Origin: Ignisphaera sp.
Lineage (GTDB): Archaea; Thermoproteota; Thermoprotei_A; Sulfolobales; Ignisphaeraceae
Reading direction: 5' to 3'
Assembly: GCA_038821645.1 (NCBI GenBank)
Contig: JAWBDT010000008.1
Location: 1-17,967, forward strand
Length of the DNA stretch: 17,967 nucleotides
Shown here: positions 8,141 through 17,224 of the stretch, piece after piece
How the letters are laid out: each line of letters opens with the position of its first letter
Position numbering within the stretch: the first letter of the stretch is position 1
Notes under the pieces: generated by a model
Databases searched by the model: none
What the model saw: only the letters and a program-made list of their open reading frames with translations
Told to the model about the DNA's origin: nothing
Made by a program: the position numbers and the translations under genes

Positions 8141-9184
8141 CTATGTTATCTGAATTCTTAGCGATGCTTCTCGATATATAGGGTCTAGAAACTGATAATT
8201 ATGGATTATACTCATATCTTCAAGATTCTTCACGATATTGTATAGTATGCTAGAGGATATCGTAACACCCTCTTTTTCCTCAACATACCTCTTTAGACTA
8301 CTCCACGTCGTAATTCCTTTAGCGATTCCTTTTAAAACCAATGCATACCTCTTACCTCTCTCTCTAACAATATTCTGTAGCTCTCCTAAAGCAACACCTA
8401 TTGCTAGCTCTTTTATCTTAACGATATCCTTATTTCCTTTAGAATATTCATTACCAAAGAATGTTAGCCAACCCGGTATTCCACCAAATTCTTCAACAGC
8501 TATTTCCAGAACATCCATTTTTACATCTATTCTCAGCTCTCTGAATCCAGTCTTTAAGAACTCTAGTGAAGTATCTCTATCAAACCTTTCGAGTTTGAGA
8601 TTAAAACAGTATCTACCGTAGAGAGGTGAGTTATGTTTATCGATTCCCAGAAATCCGTAAAGTAAACCGATCTCTGAACCAGTAAGTATGAATGTAATGT
8701 TTCTATCGTAATCATAGGCATGTGCTAAAGCATTGAGAAACTCTTGAGAACGAGGACCTCTGAGTTTCTGAGCTTCATCAAAAGCCACTATAATTCTCTT
8801 CCTATTGAGAGCATCGAAAAGTGAAGAAAGAGTAATAGAACCTCTACCTCTCCACTTAATCTCTACCTCAACACCCCTAATACTTATACCAGATATAGAT
8901 TTAAGAACATCATACAGCTTATCGAGTCTCGATGAAAACGCTTTTGAAATCAATGAATATAGATCACGTAGACCATAGTTAGTATGTAAACTCCTTAAAT
9001 CAATCAATACACTCGGAATATCAACTTCATTAAGGAAAACACTCAATAGAGAAGTCTTACCTATTCTCCTGATACCAGAAATAATTGTGAGAGGTGAATC
9101 TATATTTTTGTGCAGTATCTCGAGTTCTTGATCTCTTCCGAAAAGCTCATTTCTATTAGTTTTAGGTCTAGGATCAAATAACAA
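8141..9184 (-). CDS. Archaeal AAA+ ATP-binding protein (ATPase_2 type) with probable C-terminal winged helix
   Basis: MLFDPRPK..R..LFGR..E start, Walker A GIRRIGKTS, Walker B IVAFDEAQ, LTGSE.G, SPLYGR, GGIPGWL, C-terminal FLDPIY. Confidence 0.9.
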   Translation of the reverse strand: MLFDPRPKTNRNELFGRDQELEILHKNIDSPLTIISGIRRIGKTSLLSVFLNEVDIPSVLIDLRSLHTNYGLRDLYSLISKAFSSRLDKLYDVLKSISGISIRGVEVEIKWRGRGSITLSSLFDALNRKRIIVAFDEAQKLRGPRSQEFLNALAHAYDYDRNITFILTGSEIGLLYGFLGIDKHNSPLYGRYCFNLKLERFDRDTSLEFLKTGFRELRIDVKMDVLEIAVEEFGGIPGWLTFFGNEYSKGNKDIVKIKELAIGVALGELQNIVRERGKRYALVLKGIAKGITTWSSLKRYVEEKEGVTISSSILYNIVKNLEDMSIIHNYQFLDPIYREASLRIQIT

Positions 9185-9187
9185 TTA

Positions 9188-9240
9188 TTCTACCCCAGAA
9201 TCTAGATTCTGGGTCAGAACTTATAAATTTTGAGGTAGAA
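9188..9240 (-). promoter_or_regulatory. Operator-like array around the ATPase TATA box
   Basis: Perfect 20-bp palindrome CCCAGAATCTAGATTCTGGG (9194-9213). Three TTYT-N5-AGAA units at 9188-9200, 9207-9219 and 9228-9240. Minus-strand TATA TTTATAA at ~9221-9227. Confidence 0.75.
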
Positions 9241-9638
9241 CATTGGATACTATACACAGTCTAGGTTCTCTCTAAAGACTTTAGATATTGATGCTCTCTT
9301 CTCTATAACAAGTATTGAGGATTCTCAATAGATCTTCAACTACATCTAGCTTCAAGATGATATAGAAATGTATTATTGTATTATTTTGATTCTAAAGACA
9401 TTATATAGGTTTTGGTTCAAATGCAAACCTTATTGATATAGCTTATACAGATTCTTGTTGATTTGATTCTAGTTGAAGTAGATTGCTATGGAAAAGGTTC
9501 AGAGGTTTATTTGAGACATAGTTGGTGTTTATATGAACTTAAGATAGTTCTGGATTATTTTGTATAGCTATAGAAACCATAGATTTGCTAGATATCTATA
9601 TTAGTCTAGCTGACCCTATGTTAGTGCTAAAATGAGTT

Positions 9639-10454
9639 GTGGTGTTGTCTAGAATGTGTAGCTCTGTTGCAGAAATACTGGGGATAGGAGTTCTCCAAGG
9701 TATCTTTGAATGGCTTCCTGTTTCTAGCAAGACTATAGTTATGCTTTTCTCATCACTTGTGTTAAGAAGACCTCTCGCTATTTCTTATTTACTTGGATTA
9801 GCTATTCAGGGTGGAACAGTTTTTGCAGCAATAGTTTATTTTAGGCGTGAGATTCTCGATATAATTTTGTTTAAGAATACAAAGTTGTTAACATATTTAA
9901 TTGTTACAACATTTTCATCGTGCTTAACAGGTATACCTATATACATAGTGTTCACCAAGTTCTTGTTACTAAGAGAAGAATTCGTAGGTTTTATAACCAT
10001 TGCAATAGGCTTCATTCTCCTACTCCAAGCATTAGTCTTAAGTAGATTAGAGACAGGATTGAAGAAAATTACAGATATAGATATATTTGACTCACTCGTT
10101 CTAGGACTTATTCAAGGACTTTCTATAGCACCTGGTGTAAGTAGGTCAGGTGTAACAGTAGCAACACTACTCTACTTAGGCTATACTGTTGATGATTCTC
10201 TTAAGCTAAGCTTTCTAGCCTCTATTCCTGTAAATCTTGGAGCCACAATCCTTACAATAACATTAGAAGAACTAACTACTATACACCTTGACATCACATT
10301 ACTAGGACTAGCATCTCTAGTATCAATAATCACAGGTTTTGCCACAATCAAGCTATTACTGTTCATAGCCAAGAAATACAGCTACAAATTAACAGCAGGA
10401 CTAGGCATAGCAGCACTTTTAATTGGATTAGCTACAGCTATAGCCATATACTAG
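9639..10454 (+). CDS. uppP: Undecaprenyl/polyprenyl-diphosphate phosphatase (BacA/UppP)
   Basis: LQGIFEWLPVSS, QGGTVFAAIVYFR, GLIQGLSIAPGVSRSG, SFLASIP; multiple hydrophobic helices. Start may be ATG 9654. Confidence 0.93.
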   Translation: MVLSRMCSSVAEILGIGVLQGIFEWLPVSSKTIVMLFSSLVLRRPLAISYLLGLAIQGGTVFAAIVYFRREILDIILFKNTKLLTYLIVTTFSSCLTGIPIYIVFTKFLLLREEFVGFITIAIGFILLLQALVLSRLETGLKKITDIDIFDSLVLGLIQGLSIAPGVSRSGVTVATLLYLGYTVDDSLKLSFLASIPVNLGATILTITLEELTTIHLDITLLGLASLVSIITGFATIKLLLFIAKKYSYKLTAGLGIAALLIGLATAIAIY

Positions 10455-11181
10455 ACACAAAACAATACCTTGAACTAATTGAAGAAATCACAGCATAAGG
10501 TTAACCATATATATCTACATCACCACTTCACTCAATGTCCCAAAAACATTAATCAGATCGTAGATAACCATAACTACAACAATACTCTTCTTCAACTAAA
10601 CCTTTAACCAGCTTCAATACATCCAGTCAATACCTAGAACACAAATTAACAACAATATTCACTAAATAACAGAACTTCAAGATACATGAACTCTAGCTAC
10701 AACTTCTCTATAACTCATCATGCTAAACCAACATAATTCCCTACGAACAATATCCTCTATCTCATAAACATAAGAACTTCTATAACCTCATAATAGATAG
10801 ATAGAGAAGTACATAAAACCATGTAGACTATTATACATGAACATATCTTCACATACAGTAAAAATACTATTGAAGTAATAAACATCTAGATAAAGCCCTA
10901 TGTATGCTAGAAACTAGGAAACTACCTAGTTTAATCATAACGATTTTGTTGGAAACTATCAAAGGATGTAGAAAGTTTGTAGAAGGTTTATTTATTGAGA
11001 CTTTGTATAGTCTAGTATAGAATTGTTGTAGAAGGTTATGTTTGTATTAATTTGAGAAAGACTTAAAGTAGTGTAGAGAGTTTGTTGATGTTTGATGATG
11101 AGTTTTTCGGGGAATGTGAGGATACCGATGATTGTGTGGTTACCCACTGAGTTTTTGCTTAATGGAAATGTTTGTTTTGTT

Positions 11182-11799
11182 TTATGTTAGTAGTTTTAAG
11201 TGATCTTCTATGTAGTTTGCATGATCTACTATTCTCTCTATATGCCTCATTATGAGTACTTTTAGTGATGTTGATCTATCTACATATTCTCTTGATATAA
11301 CCTCTTTTAGTAGTGCTCTGTAGTGTGTATCTACATTACTGTCTATCTCTAGAATTGTTCTTTCATTTACTGGTTTAAGCTCTACAAGATCTTTTAATGC
11401 ATTTTCAACTGCTTTAATTGCGTATCCGAACATTTCTGAAGCTCCATTGATACTCGCTATACTCTCTGGTGTCAGCATTATATCTATTCTTGCTATCTCT
11501 CTACAGTATCTAGATATTCTATAGACATCGTATGCTATACTTATCAATGTATGAGCAATGAGAAGCTCTTTACCTAGAGGTTGTCTTCTGGCTATGAATA
11601 CCAGAACCTCGTTTACGAATTCTCTTCTTATCCTATCGAGTATAGATGAGATCTCGTCTATCTCTCTCCATAGACTCTCTCTAACAGTAGTATTGCTTTC
11701 GTTAAAGAGTTCAGAGGTCTTGATCATTACCTTATGTGTATGTTCAGCCATATGGAGTAGTATAGATCTAAGTCTCTCGAGCTCATTTATCAAGAGCAT
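11182..11799 (-). CDS. phoU: Phosphate uptake regulator PhoU
   Basis: IARRQP, AYDVYRISRYCREI, IDSNVD..Y, RHIERIVDHA; last gene of the pst operon. Confidence 0.9.
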   Translation of the reverse strand: MLLINELERLRSILLHMAEHTHKVMIKTSELFNESNTTVRESLWREIDEISSILDRIRREFVNEVLVFIARRQPLGKELLIAHTLISIAYDVYRISRYCREIARIDIMLTPESIASINGASEMFGYAIKAVENALKDLVELKPVNERTILEIDSNVDTHYRALLKEVISREYVDRSTSLKVLIMRHIERIVDHANYIEDHLKLLT

Positions 11800-11801
11800 A
11801 C

Positions 11802-12554
11802 CTATATCTCACCTCTAAGGAACTTAGCCGTGAACTCATTCGATGGATGAAGAAATATTCTTGAAGCAGCTCCCTGTTCAACTATAGCTCCATCGTATAT
11901 AAGTGTAACACTATCAGCAACTCTAGCTGCTTGATGTGGTGAATGAGTCACCATAACTATCGTTATATCATTTTTAAGCGACACTATAGCTTCCTCAAGT
12001 TTTCTAGCATTAACAGGATCTATATTTGCTGTTGGTTCATCTAGTAGAAGTATCTTTGGCTTCATGGCTAATGCTCTAGCAAGACACAGTCTCTGTCTCT
12101 GACCTCCACTAAGCTCGTTTGGATACTTATTCAGTCTATCCTTAACCTCGTCCCAAAGCATGGCTTTTTCTAAAGACCATCTAACTACTTCATCTAGATC
12201 TCTCTTGTTTCTAGCAACACCATTGAGTTTAGCAGCTATCGCTATATTCCAGTATATAGACATATGGGGAAACGGGTTAGGTACCTGGAAAACCATACCT
12301 ATATCTCTCCTTAGAGTATATGGATCTATCTCAAATACATTTCTACCCAATACATATACCTCTCCAGAAACTCTAACATTCGGTGTCAAGTCTATGAGTC
12401 TGTTTATAACCCTCAATAAAGTTGTTTTACCTGAGCCAGATGGACCCATAATTACATGAATTGTGTTGGGCTCTATATCCATAGACACGTTCTTGAGGAT
12501 ATGTCTATCACTTATATAGAGGTTCAGATTCTTGATCTCTATAGCATACCTCAT
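11802..12554 (-). CDS. pstB: Phosphate ABC transporter ATP-binding protein
   Basis: GPSGSGKTT, GMVFQVPNPFP, LWDEVKDRL, LSGGQRQRLCLARALA, LLLDEP, VTH..QAARV. Confidence 0.96.
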   Translation of the reverse strand: MRYAIEIKNLNLYISDRHILKNVSMDIEPNTIHVIMGPSGSGKTTLLRVINRLIDLTPNVRVSGEVYVLGRNVFEIDPYTLRRDIGMVFQVPNPFPHMSIYWNIAIAAKLNGVARNKRDLDEVVRWSLEKAMLWDEVKDRLNKYPNELSGGQRQRLCLARALAMKPKILLLDEPTANIDPVNARKLEEAIVSLKNDITIVMVTHSPHQAARVADSVTLIYDGAIVEQGAASRIFLHPSNEFTAKFLRGEI

Positions 12555-13396
12555 AACTTCACCTCTTTAACGATTGTTTTAACTGTGATAAATATAGCTA
12601 TATAGATGAGTAGAAGTACTAGTGCAGCTCCCCAAGCTATCTCGTGATAAACTTTGAATGGAGTTGTTATGAAATCGAATATAAGTAGAGGTATAGTGTC
12701 TGTAGGAGCTCTAATATCTATGTTTACACCAACTCTATATCTCCCAACAGTAAAGAGTAGAGCTGCTGTCTCCCCCATAGCTCTTGCAAACGTTATCAAT
12801 ACACTTACAACAATAGCTTTTCTAGCTATCGGTATAAACACCTTGATTACTGTTTGCCACCTGTTCATACCTATAGAGTAGGAGGCTTCTCTATATGTCT
12901 GTGGAACAGATCTTAATGCAGATGAAAATGATGTATATGCATATGGGAGAGATATCAGGGATAAAGCTACTGCTCCCGCTAGAGCAGAGAACCTATTCAT
13001 CGGAACAACAACTAGTGCATAGACAAACATTGATACAACTATAGTGGGTATACTTGCAAAAGATCTAGAGAGAATATCTGTAAGTCTGGATAGAGGGTTA
13101 GAGGGAAATTCTGTAGAGAGTATTGCCGCCGATAATGCTAAGGCTATGGTTATAGGTAGAGATGTTAGTGTAGTTATGAAGGAGCCTATAAGTGATGGAG
13201 CTATACCGCCTATATCTCTCGATATGGGTGGTGGAGGTATGTCTGTAAAGAATCTGATACCTGCTCTAGCTATAGTCTGTATACCGTTTATTGCTATAGT
13301 TATAATCATGTGTAGTAATGGCAGTAGAGTTATAGCAGACATCAAGATCACTAATAATATAAAGAGCTTATCTCTCACATCTCTCCATCTAGACAA
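12551..13396 (-). CDS. pstA: Phosphate ABC transporter permease PstA
   Basis: GGIAPSLIGS, SIPTIV, LRSVPQTYREAS..G (EAA loop), ARAMGETAALLFT. Confidence 0.93.
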   Translation of the reverse strand: MSRWRDVRDKLFILLVILMSAITLLPLLHMIITIAINGIQTIARAGIRFFTDIPPPPISRDIGGIAPSLIGSFITTLTSLPITIALALSAAILSTEFPSNPLSRLTDILSRSFASIPTIVVSMFVYALVVVPMNRFSALAGAVALSLISLPYAYTSFSSALRSVPQTYREASYSIGMNRWQTVIKVFIPIARKAIVVSVLITFARAMGETAALLFTVGRYRVGVNIDIRAPTDTIPLLIFDFITTPFKVYHEIAWGAALVLLLIYIAIFITVKTIVKEVKL

Positions 13397-14306
13397 CGAT
13401 TTTCACCCTCCATCTATCTAGAATCATCAATCCAACAAAACTAAGGATAAGTGTTACAAAAAGTATCACTAGTGCAGATGCATGTAGAACTGATTCAGCA
13501 TATGTATACAGACCTGCGTTTTCGTAGTTAGAGGCTATTAATGCAGATACTGTGTACCCAGGTGCGAAAAGACATGGACTTAGATTCATCGAGTTTCCTA
13601 TAGTCACTACAGCTATAGTTGTTTCTCCAGTAGCTCTAGCAAAACCAAGTATAGCTGATGCAAGTATCGCTGGCTTGGCTAGAGATAGAAGTATCTTTGT
13701 TGTTTCGTATCTAGTAGCTCCTATGCCTAGACAAGCTTCTCTGTATATCGATGGAATCAATCTATAGGATTCTACTATAATCGATGTCATGTAGGGCACA
13801 ATAGATATACCTATAGCTATTCCAGCAGTAAATATAGAGAAACCTGTTACAGGTCTACAGGAGAAGATAGGTATAAATCCTAAATACATATGTAGAGGCT
13901 CCATGACATAGGCTCGAAGAAAGGGTGCTAAATAGTTTAGAGACCAGACAGCATATACAATCGTCGGTATACCGCCCATAAGTTCTACAACTGATGAAAA
14001 TATATCCCTAGCCCTGTCCCTCAGGAACTCTGTAATGAGTATCGATAGAGGTAATGAAAAGAATAGAGAGATAAAGACAGCGATAGAAGAAGTTGTAAAT
14101 GTGCCAATAATAGGTGCTAGAACTCCGTACACCTCTTTTTCTGGATCCCATATACTTTCCGTAAATAGTTTTACTCCAAACATCTTGATAGAGTCTAGAG
14201 AATTGGAGGAAAATATTATGAGAAAGAGCACAAGAATACTTGAGATTATGAAAGCTGTAGGTAGAAAGGAAATCAAAAAAAGTCTATCATGTTTCGATCT
14301 AGACAT
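13389..14306 (-). CDS. pstC: Phosphate ABC transporter permease PstC
   Basis: WDPEKEVYG..APIIGT, VELMGGIPTIVY, REACLGIGATRYE, LGFARATGET.AV...GN. Confidence 0.93.
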   Translation of the reverse strand: MSRSKHDRLFLISFLPTAFIISSILVLFLIIFSSNSLDSIKMFGVKLFTESIWDPEKEVYGVLAPIIGTFTTSSIAVFISLFFSLPLSILITEFLRDRARDIFSSVVELMGGIPTIVYAVWSLNYLAPFLRAYVMEPLHMYLGFIPIFSCRPVTGFSIFTAGIAIGISIVPYMTSIIVESYRLIPSIYREACLGIGATRYETTKILLSLAKPAILASAILGFARATGETTIAVVTIGNSMNLSPCLFAPGYTVSALIASNYENAGLYTYAESVLHASALVILFVTLILSFVGLMILDRWRVKIVV

Positions 14307-14387
14307 ATACCATACCTTGCATCTTAATAGTATCTCTCGAAATCTCTAGCTAATAGGATCAGTATTTAACTCTATATCAGCTATTAC

Positions 14388-15656
14388 CTAGCTCTCTAGT
14401 AGTCTAGCTGCAGATAAAAGTAGTTCTATTATTTGTTGCGGAGGAGCTACATATCCTCGAACCATATTGCTATATCCCTCTATAGCTATCCACTTCAGAA
14501 ACTCACTAAGAGCTAGAGCTTTGTTGCGATCTCCATATTCTCTCCATACAAATAGGAATGCCAGAGATGATATCGGATAAGAATCTTCATGTCGAGAATA
14601 TATTACTTCTACAAACATTTCACTAAAATCGTCTAGAGGCGAAGAGGGTATAGATATACCTTTAGCTGCATTCCTTATAGTCTCATCTGTAGGTAGAACA
14701 AATCTTCCTGCTGCATTCCTTATAGCTGCTATAGGTAGATTGTTCTCTAGTGCGTAGCTTAGTTCAACATATCCAATAGAGTAGTGTGTCTGTAGAACTG
14801 TAGCTGTAACTCCTTCATTACCTTTAGCACCAATACCTCTCCCAGTAGCATCAACAGGCCAATTAACTACTTTACCAACAAGATCCTTATCCCATATGTT
14901 TGGTGCAGCCTTGTTTAGGAATATCGTGAATATCTCTGTAGTACCACTTGAATCTGATCTGTGGACAGCTATGATCTGCTTACGTGGAAGGATATTGGCT
15001 ATATCCGGGTTCAACTCTTTTATTGCTGGATCATCCCAATACTCTATTTCTCCACGATATATCTTGGCTATGACTTCTCCAGTAAGCTTAAGATTATGTC
15101 CCTTAATCTCTGGAACATTGTATACAACAACAACAGCCCCCATAATCCATGGAATCTGCATAACCTGACCTCTATACTGTTCATATTGAGATTTAGTTAA
15201 AGGTGGATCACTAGCAGCAAAATCAGTAACACGATCAACTAGAAACATCTTCTGACCAGCACCACTTCCAACAGACTGATAAGTAACCTCAACACCAGCA
15301 ACCTCCTTGAATAGACGAGCCCATTGAGCTATCTGTGGATACTGAAAGGAAGCGCCAGCACCAGATACAGATAAGCCTCTGACTTCTGGTCTAGGTGTAT
15401 ATAGGGTAACAGTATGAGTTATCGTTGGAGATGCTTGTGTAACTGTAACAGTAACCGGTGTCGTAATTGTAGTTGTCTGTAATACAGTAACCGTTTGGTG
15501 AATAGTTTGCTGGACAGTTCTAGTTACAGTAACATATTGCTCTTTTCTATCGCTAGCTAACATTATGTGTGTTAACGAGTATATAGCTATAGCTGTAACT
15601 ATAACGGCTACAGCTATAGCTATAACCGTTCTACTTAAAGTTACCACCACGTTCAC
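14388..15656 (-). CDS. pstS: Phosphate ABC transporter substrate-binding protein with N-terminal membrane anchor and Thr/Val-rich linker
   Basis: GAGASF, YQSVGSGAG, DFAASDPPL, HRSDSSGTT, KGNEGV, IGYVELSYA, YPI. Confidence 0.96.
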   Translation of the reverse strand: MNVVVTLSRTVIAIAVAVIVTAIAIYSLTHIMLASDRKEQYVTVTRTVQQTIHQTVTVLQTTTITTPVTVTVTQASPTITHTVTLYTPRPEVRGLSVSGAGASFQYPQIAQWARLFKEVAGVEVTYQSVGSGAGQKMFLVDRVTDFAASDPPLTKSQYEQYRGQVMQIPWIMGAVVVVYNVPEIKGHNLKLTGEVIAKIYRGEIEYWDDPAIKELNPDIANILPRKQIIAVHRSDSSGTTEIFTIFLNKAAPNIWDKDLVGKVVNWPVDATGRGIGAKGNEGVTATVLQTHYSIGYVELSYALENNLPIAAIRNAAGRFVLPTDETIRNAAKGISIPSSPLDDFSEMFVEVIYSRHEDSYPISSLAFLFVWREYGDRNKALALSEFLKWIAIEGYSNMVRGYVAPPQQIIELLLSAARLLES

Positions 15657-15682
15657 CCAAGTATCTGTACATTAATTCAACA

Positions 15683-15689
15683 ATATAAA
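15683..15689 (-). promoter_or_regulatory. Probable TATA box of the pst operon
   Basis: TTTATAT on the minus strand ~27 bp upstream of the pstS GTG; the region is very AT-rich, so other boxes are possible. Confidence 0.4.
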
Positions 15690-15992
15690 CATTAATTTCT
15701 ATACTCTATAATATCTTCAGCAGAATTATAGATTGCATTAAACAGTATACACACTCTAATATACATATATACATAGCTCATTATAAACATATATAGTTAC
15801 TATAGGTATTTATATAATATGATCAGGATGTATCTTGATTTAGAGTCATGAATAGTGATTGTATGAGATTGACAGAGAACACCTTTATTCTATTGATCCA
15901 TACTATGTGAAGAATACGGTGTAAGGAATCTAAAGTAGTTAAGATAATGTCAATAGTATATACTAAGGTCTACTACAATAAATGAATAATAT

Positions 15993-16241
15993 TTACTTTG
16001 TTCTACGGTTTAATATAATCATTATTTTGGCTAGGTTTTTGGATACAATAAACCTAGTTTTTATGATTGTTTCCTTTTTAGCTAAGGGGCTACCTATATT
16101 TCTTATAATAGTGTGTATAGGCATTAGCCCTAAAACTACTATAATCGTTATGAGTACTAGAAATACTGCTCTAGACTCTCCTAAGGCATCTCTAACGATT
16201 CCCATCACCATGGCTTCTATTAAAACAGCTGTTGCATAGAA
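15993..16241 (-). pseudogene. C-terminal fragment of an ABC permease (NitT/TauC/SsuC-like)
   Basis: FYATAVLIEAMVMGIVRDALGESRAVFLVLITIIVVLGLMPIHTIIRNIGSPLAK: hydrophobic, resembles the last helices of such permeases, and directly follows the binding-protein remnant. Confidence 0.4.
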
Positions 16242-16249
16242 TGAAGTTC

Positions 16250-17224
16250 TCGTCTATGGACATGTAGTCAACATACTTAAACACAATCATATCGTTTACA
16301 GATACATTTAGATTTACCAAGATTAGTACTACTGTATAGCAGAACCCCTAATACAGCATCAGCCTCACCTTTAACAAGTATAGGCTCTTTAAGTAGTACA
16401 TCCATAGTGACTCACGAAATCTTGTCAATTTATACCAACAGTTTTGCAAATACCAGGAAAAGCCTTCTGACAACATCACCTATGGATGCCTTATGCAATT
16501 GTTTCGGGTTTTATACAGGTTTATAAGGATTGATGGTGGTTGTTTTACTGTGGGTTGAATTCATCCACGATGGGTGGAGCATTCAAAGCCAAGATGTGAT
16601 GGTTTCCTCACAGCAATGAACTAGATGAAGGTGAGCTGTAGGTAGGGGTTGCCCTGAACAGGTGGAGACCAATGACATAAGCACTGATGAAAGATGCCCC
16701 AAGGTTGATGAAGCCAAGGGTTGACAATAAACAACATCAAGCAACATGAAACCCAAACACCTCTAGCTTTCTTCTCTTCTAGGTTCCTTGGACTCTCTAT
16801 AACCCCTGTTCCTTAGCGTAACGATGGAGTGAGGAACCCTAAGGTGAGCAATAACTACACATTTAATTCTTTCATCAGGAGTCTTAGCTTTAAACTCAAC
16901 CAAAGAGTTAAAGTCACCGAAACCATATCAAACACCTCTACAGCTACATCACTAACAGCTTTAGATGAATCATAGCCTCTATCAATAGTTACTGAAAGTC
17001 TTTTTCAGCAAAGAACTCTTTGTATAGAGCAACTAAGAAAGGTGTTTGAGGATCTTGATACGTTCAGTCAAGAGTAAACTTTATATTGACAATAACAAAT
17101 TGCCGAGATTCTACTATATAGAGAAGCGATATGTATCCCGCTAAGTAGTCTATGGCTATACCAATAACAATACCTATGGCAAGAGATGTTAAGTTAAATC
17201 ATGATCTTTTAGTGCACGAAACAT
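16250..17224 (-). pseudogene. NMT1/THI5-like ABC substrate-binding protein pseudogene, split by the CCT-flanked element
   Basis: Reconstructed across frameshifts: TM anchor LAIGIVIGIAIDYLAGY, IKFTLD*TYQDPQTPFLVALYKEFFAEK, LSVTIDRGYDSSKAVSDVAVEVFDM/GFGDFNSLVEFKAKTPDERIKCV..PHSIVTLRNRG/IESPRNLEEKK/LE [insertion] ASIGDVVRRLFLVFAK..IDKIS*VTMDVLLKEPILVKGEADAVLG/FCY...MIVFKYVDY. This follows the family motif order. Confidence 0.85.
16489..16762. mobile_element. Non-autonomous CCT-flanked insertion element, copy 2
   Basis: CCT at 16489-16491 and 16760-16762, 268-bp interior, same orientation as copy 1. Sub-terminal inverted repeat at 16503-16514 and 16746-16757. Removing it restores CTA GAG GCA TCC ATA GGT GAT (LEASIGD) in the host gene. 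Confidence 0.88.

Noticed and set aside
2491-16239. Short antisense or alternative-frame ORFs (e.g. 2491..2709, 2588..2800, 4141..4329, 8238..8621, 10181..10372, 11558..11818, 12160..12459, 12654..12881, 13044..13421, 13552..13767, 14035..14349, 14896..15168, 14961..15200, 15982..16239)
   Set aside because: Shadows of well-supported genes or pseudogenes with no motifs of their own.
167-16762. Composite transposon or genomic island bounded by the two direct repeats
   Set aside because: Each copy has its own CCT pair and interrupts its own gene, whose parts lie on both sides of it, so these are independent insertions. The enclosed region also contains a tRNA and housekeeping genes.
16960-16995. 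IDRGYDSS as an IS5/IS4 DDE transposase motif
   Set aside because: The surrounding sequence fits the NMT1/THI5 binding protein (VTIDRGYGS...DMGFGD) continuously; no other transposase motifs.
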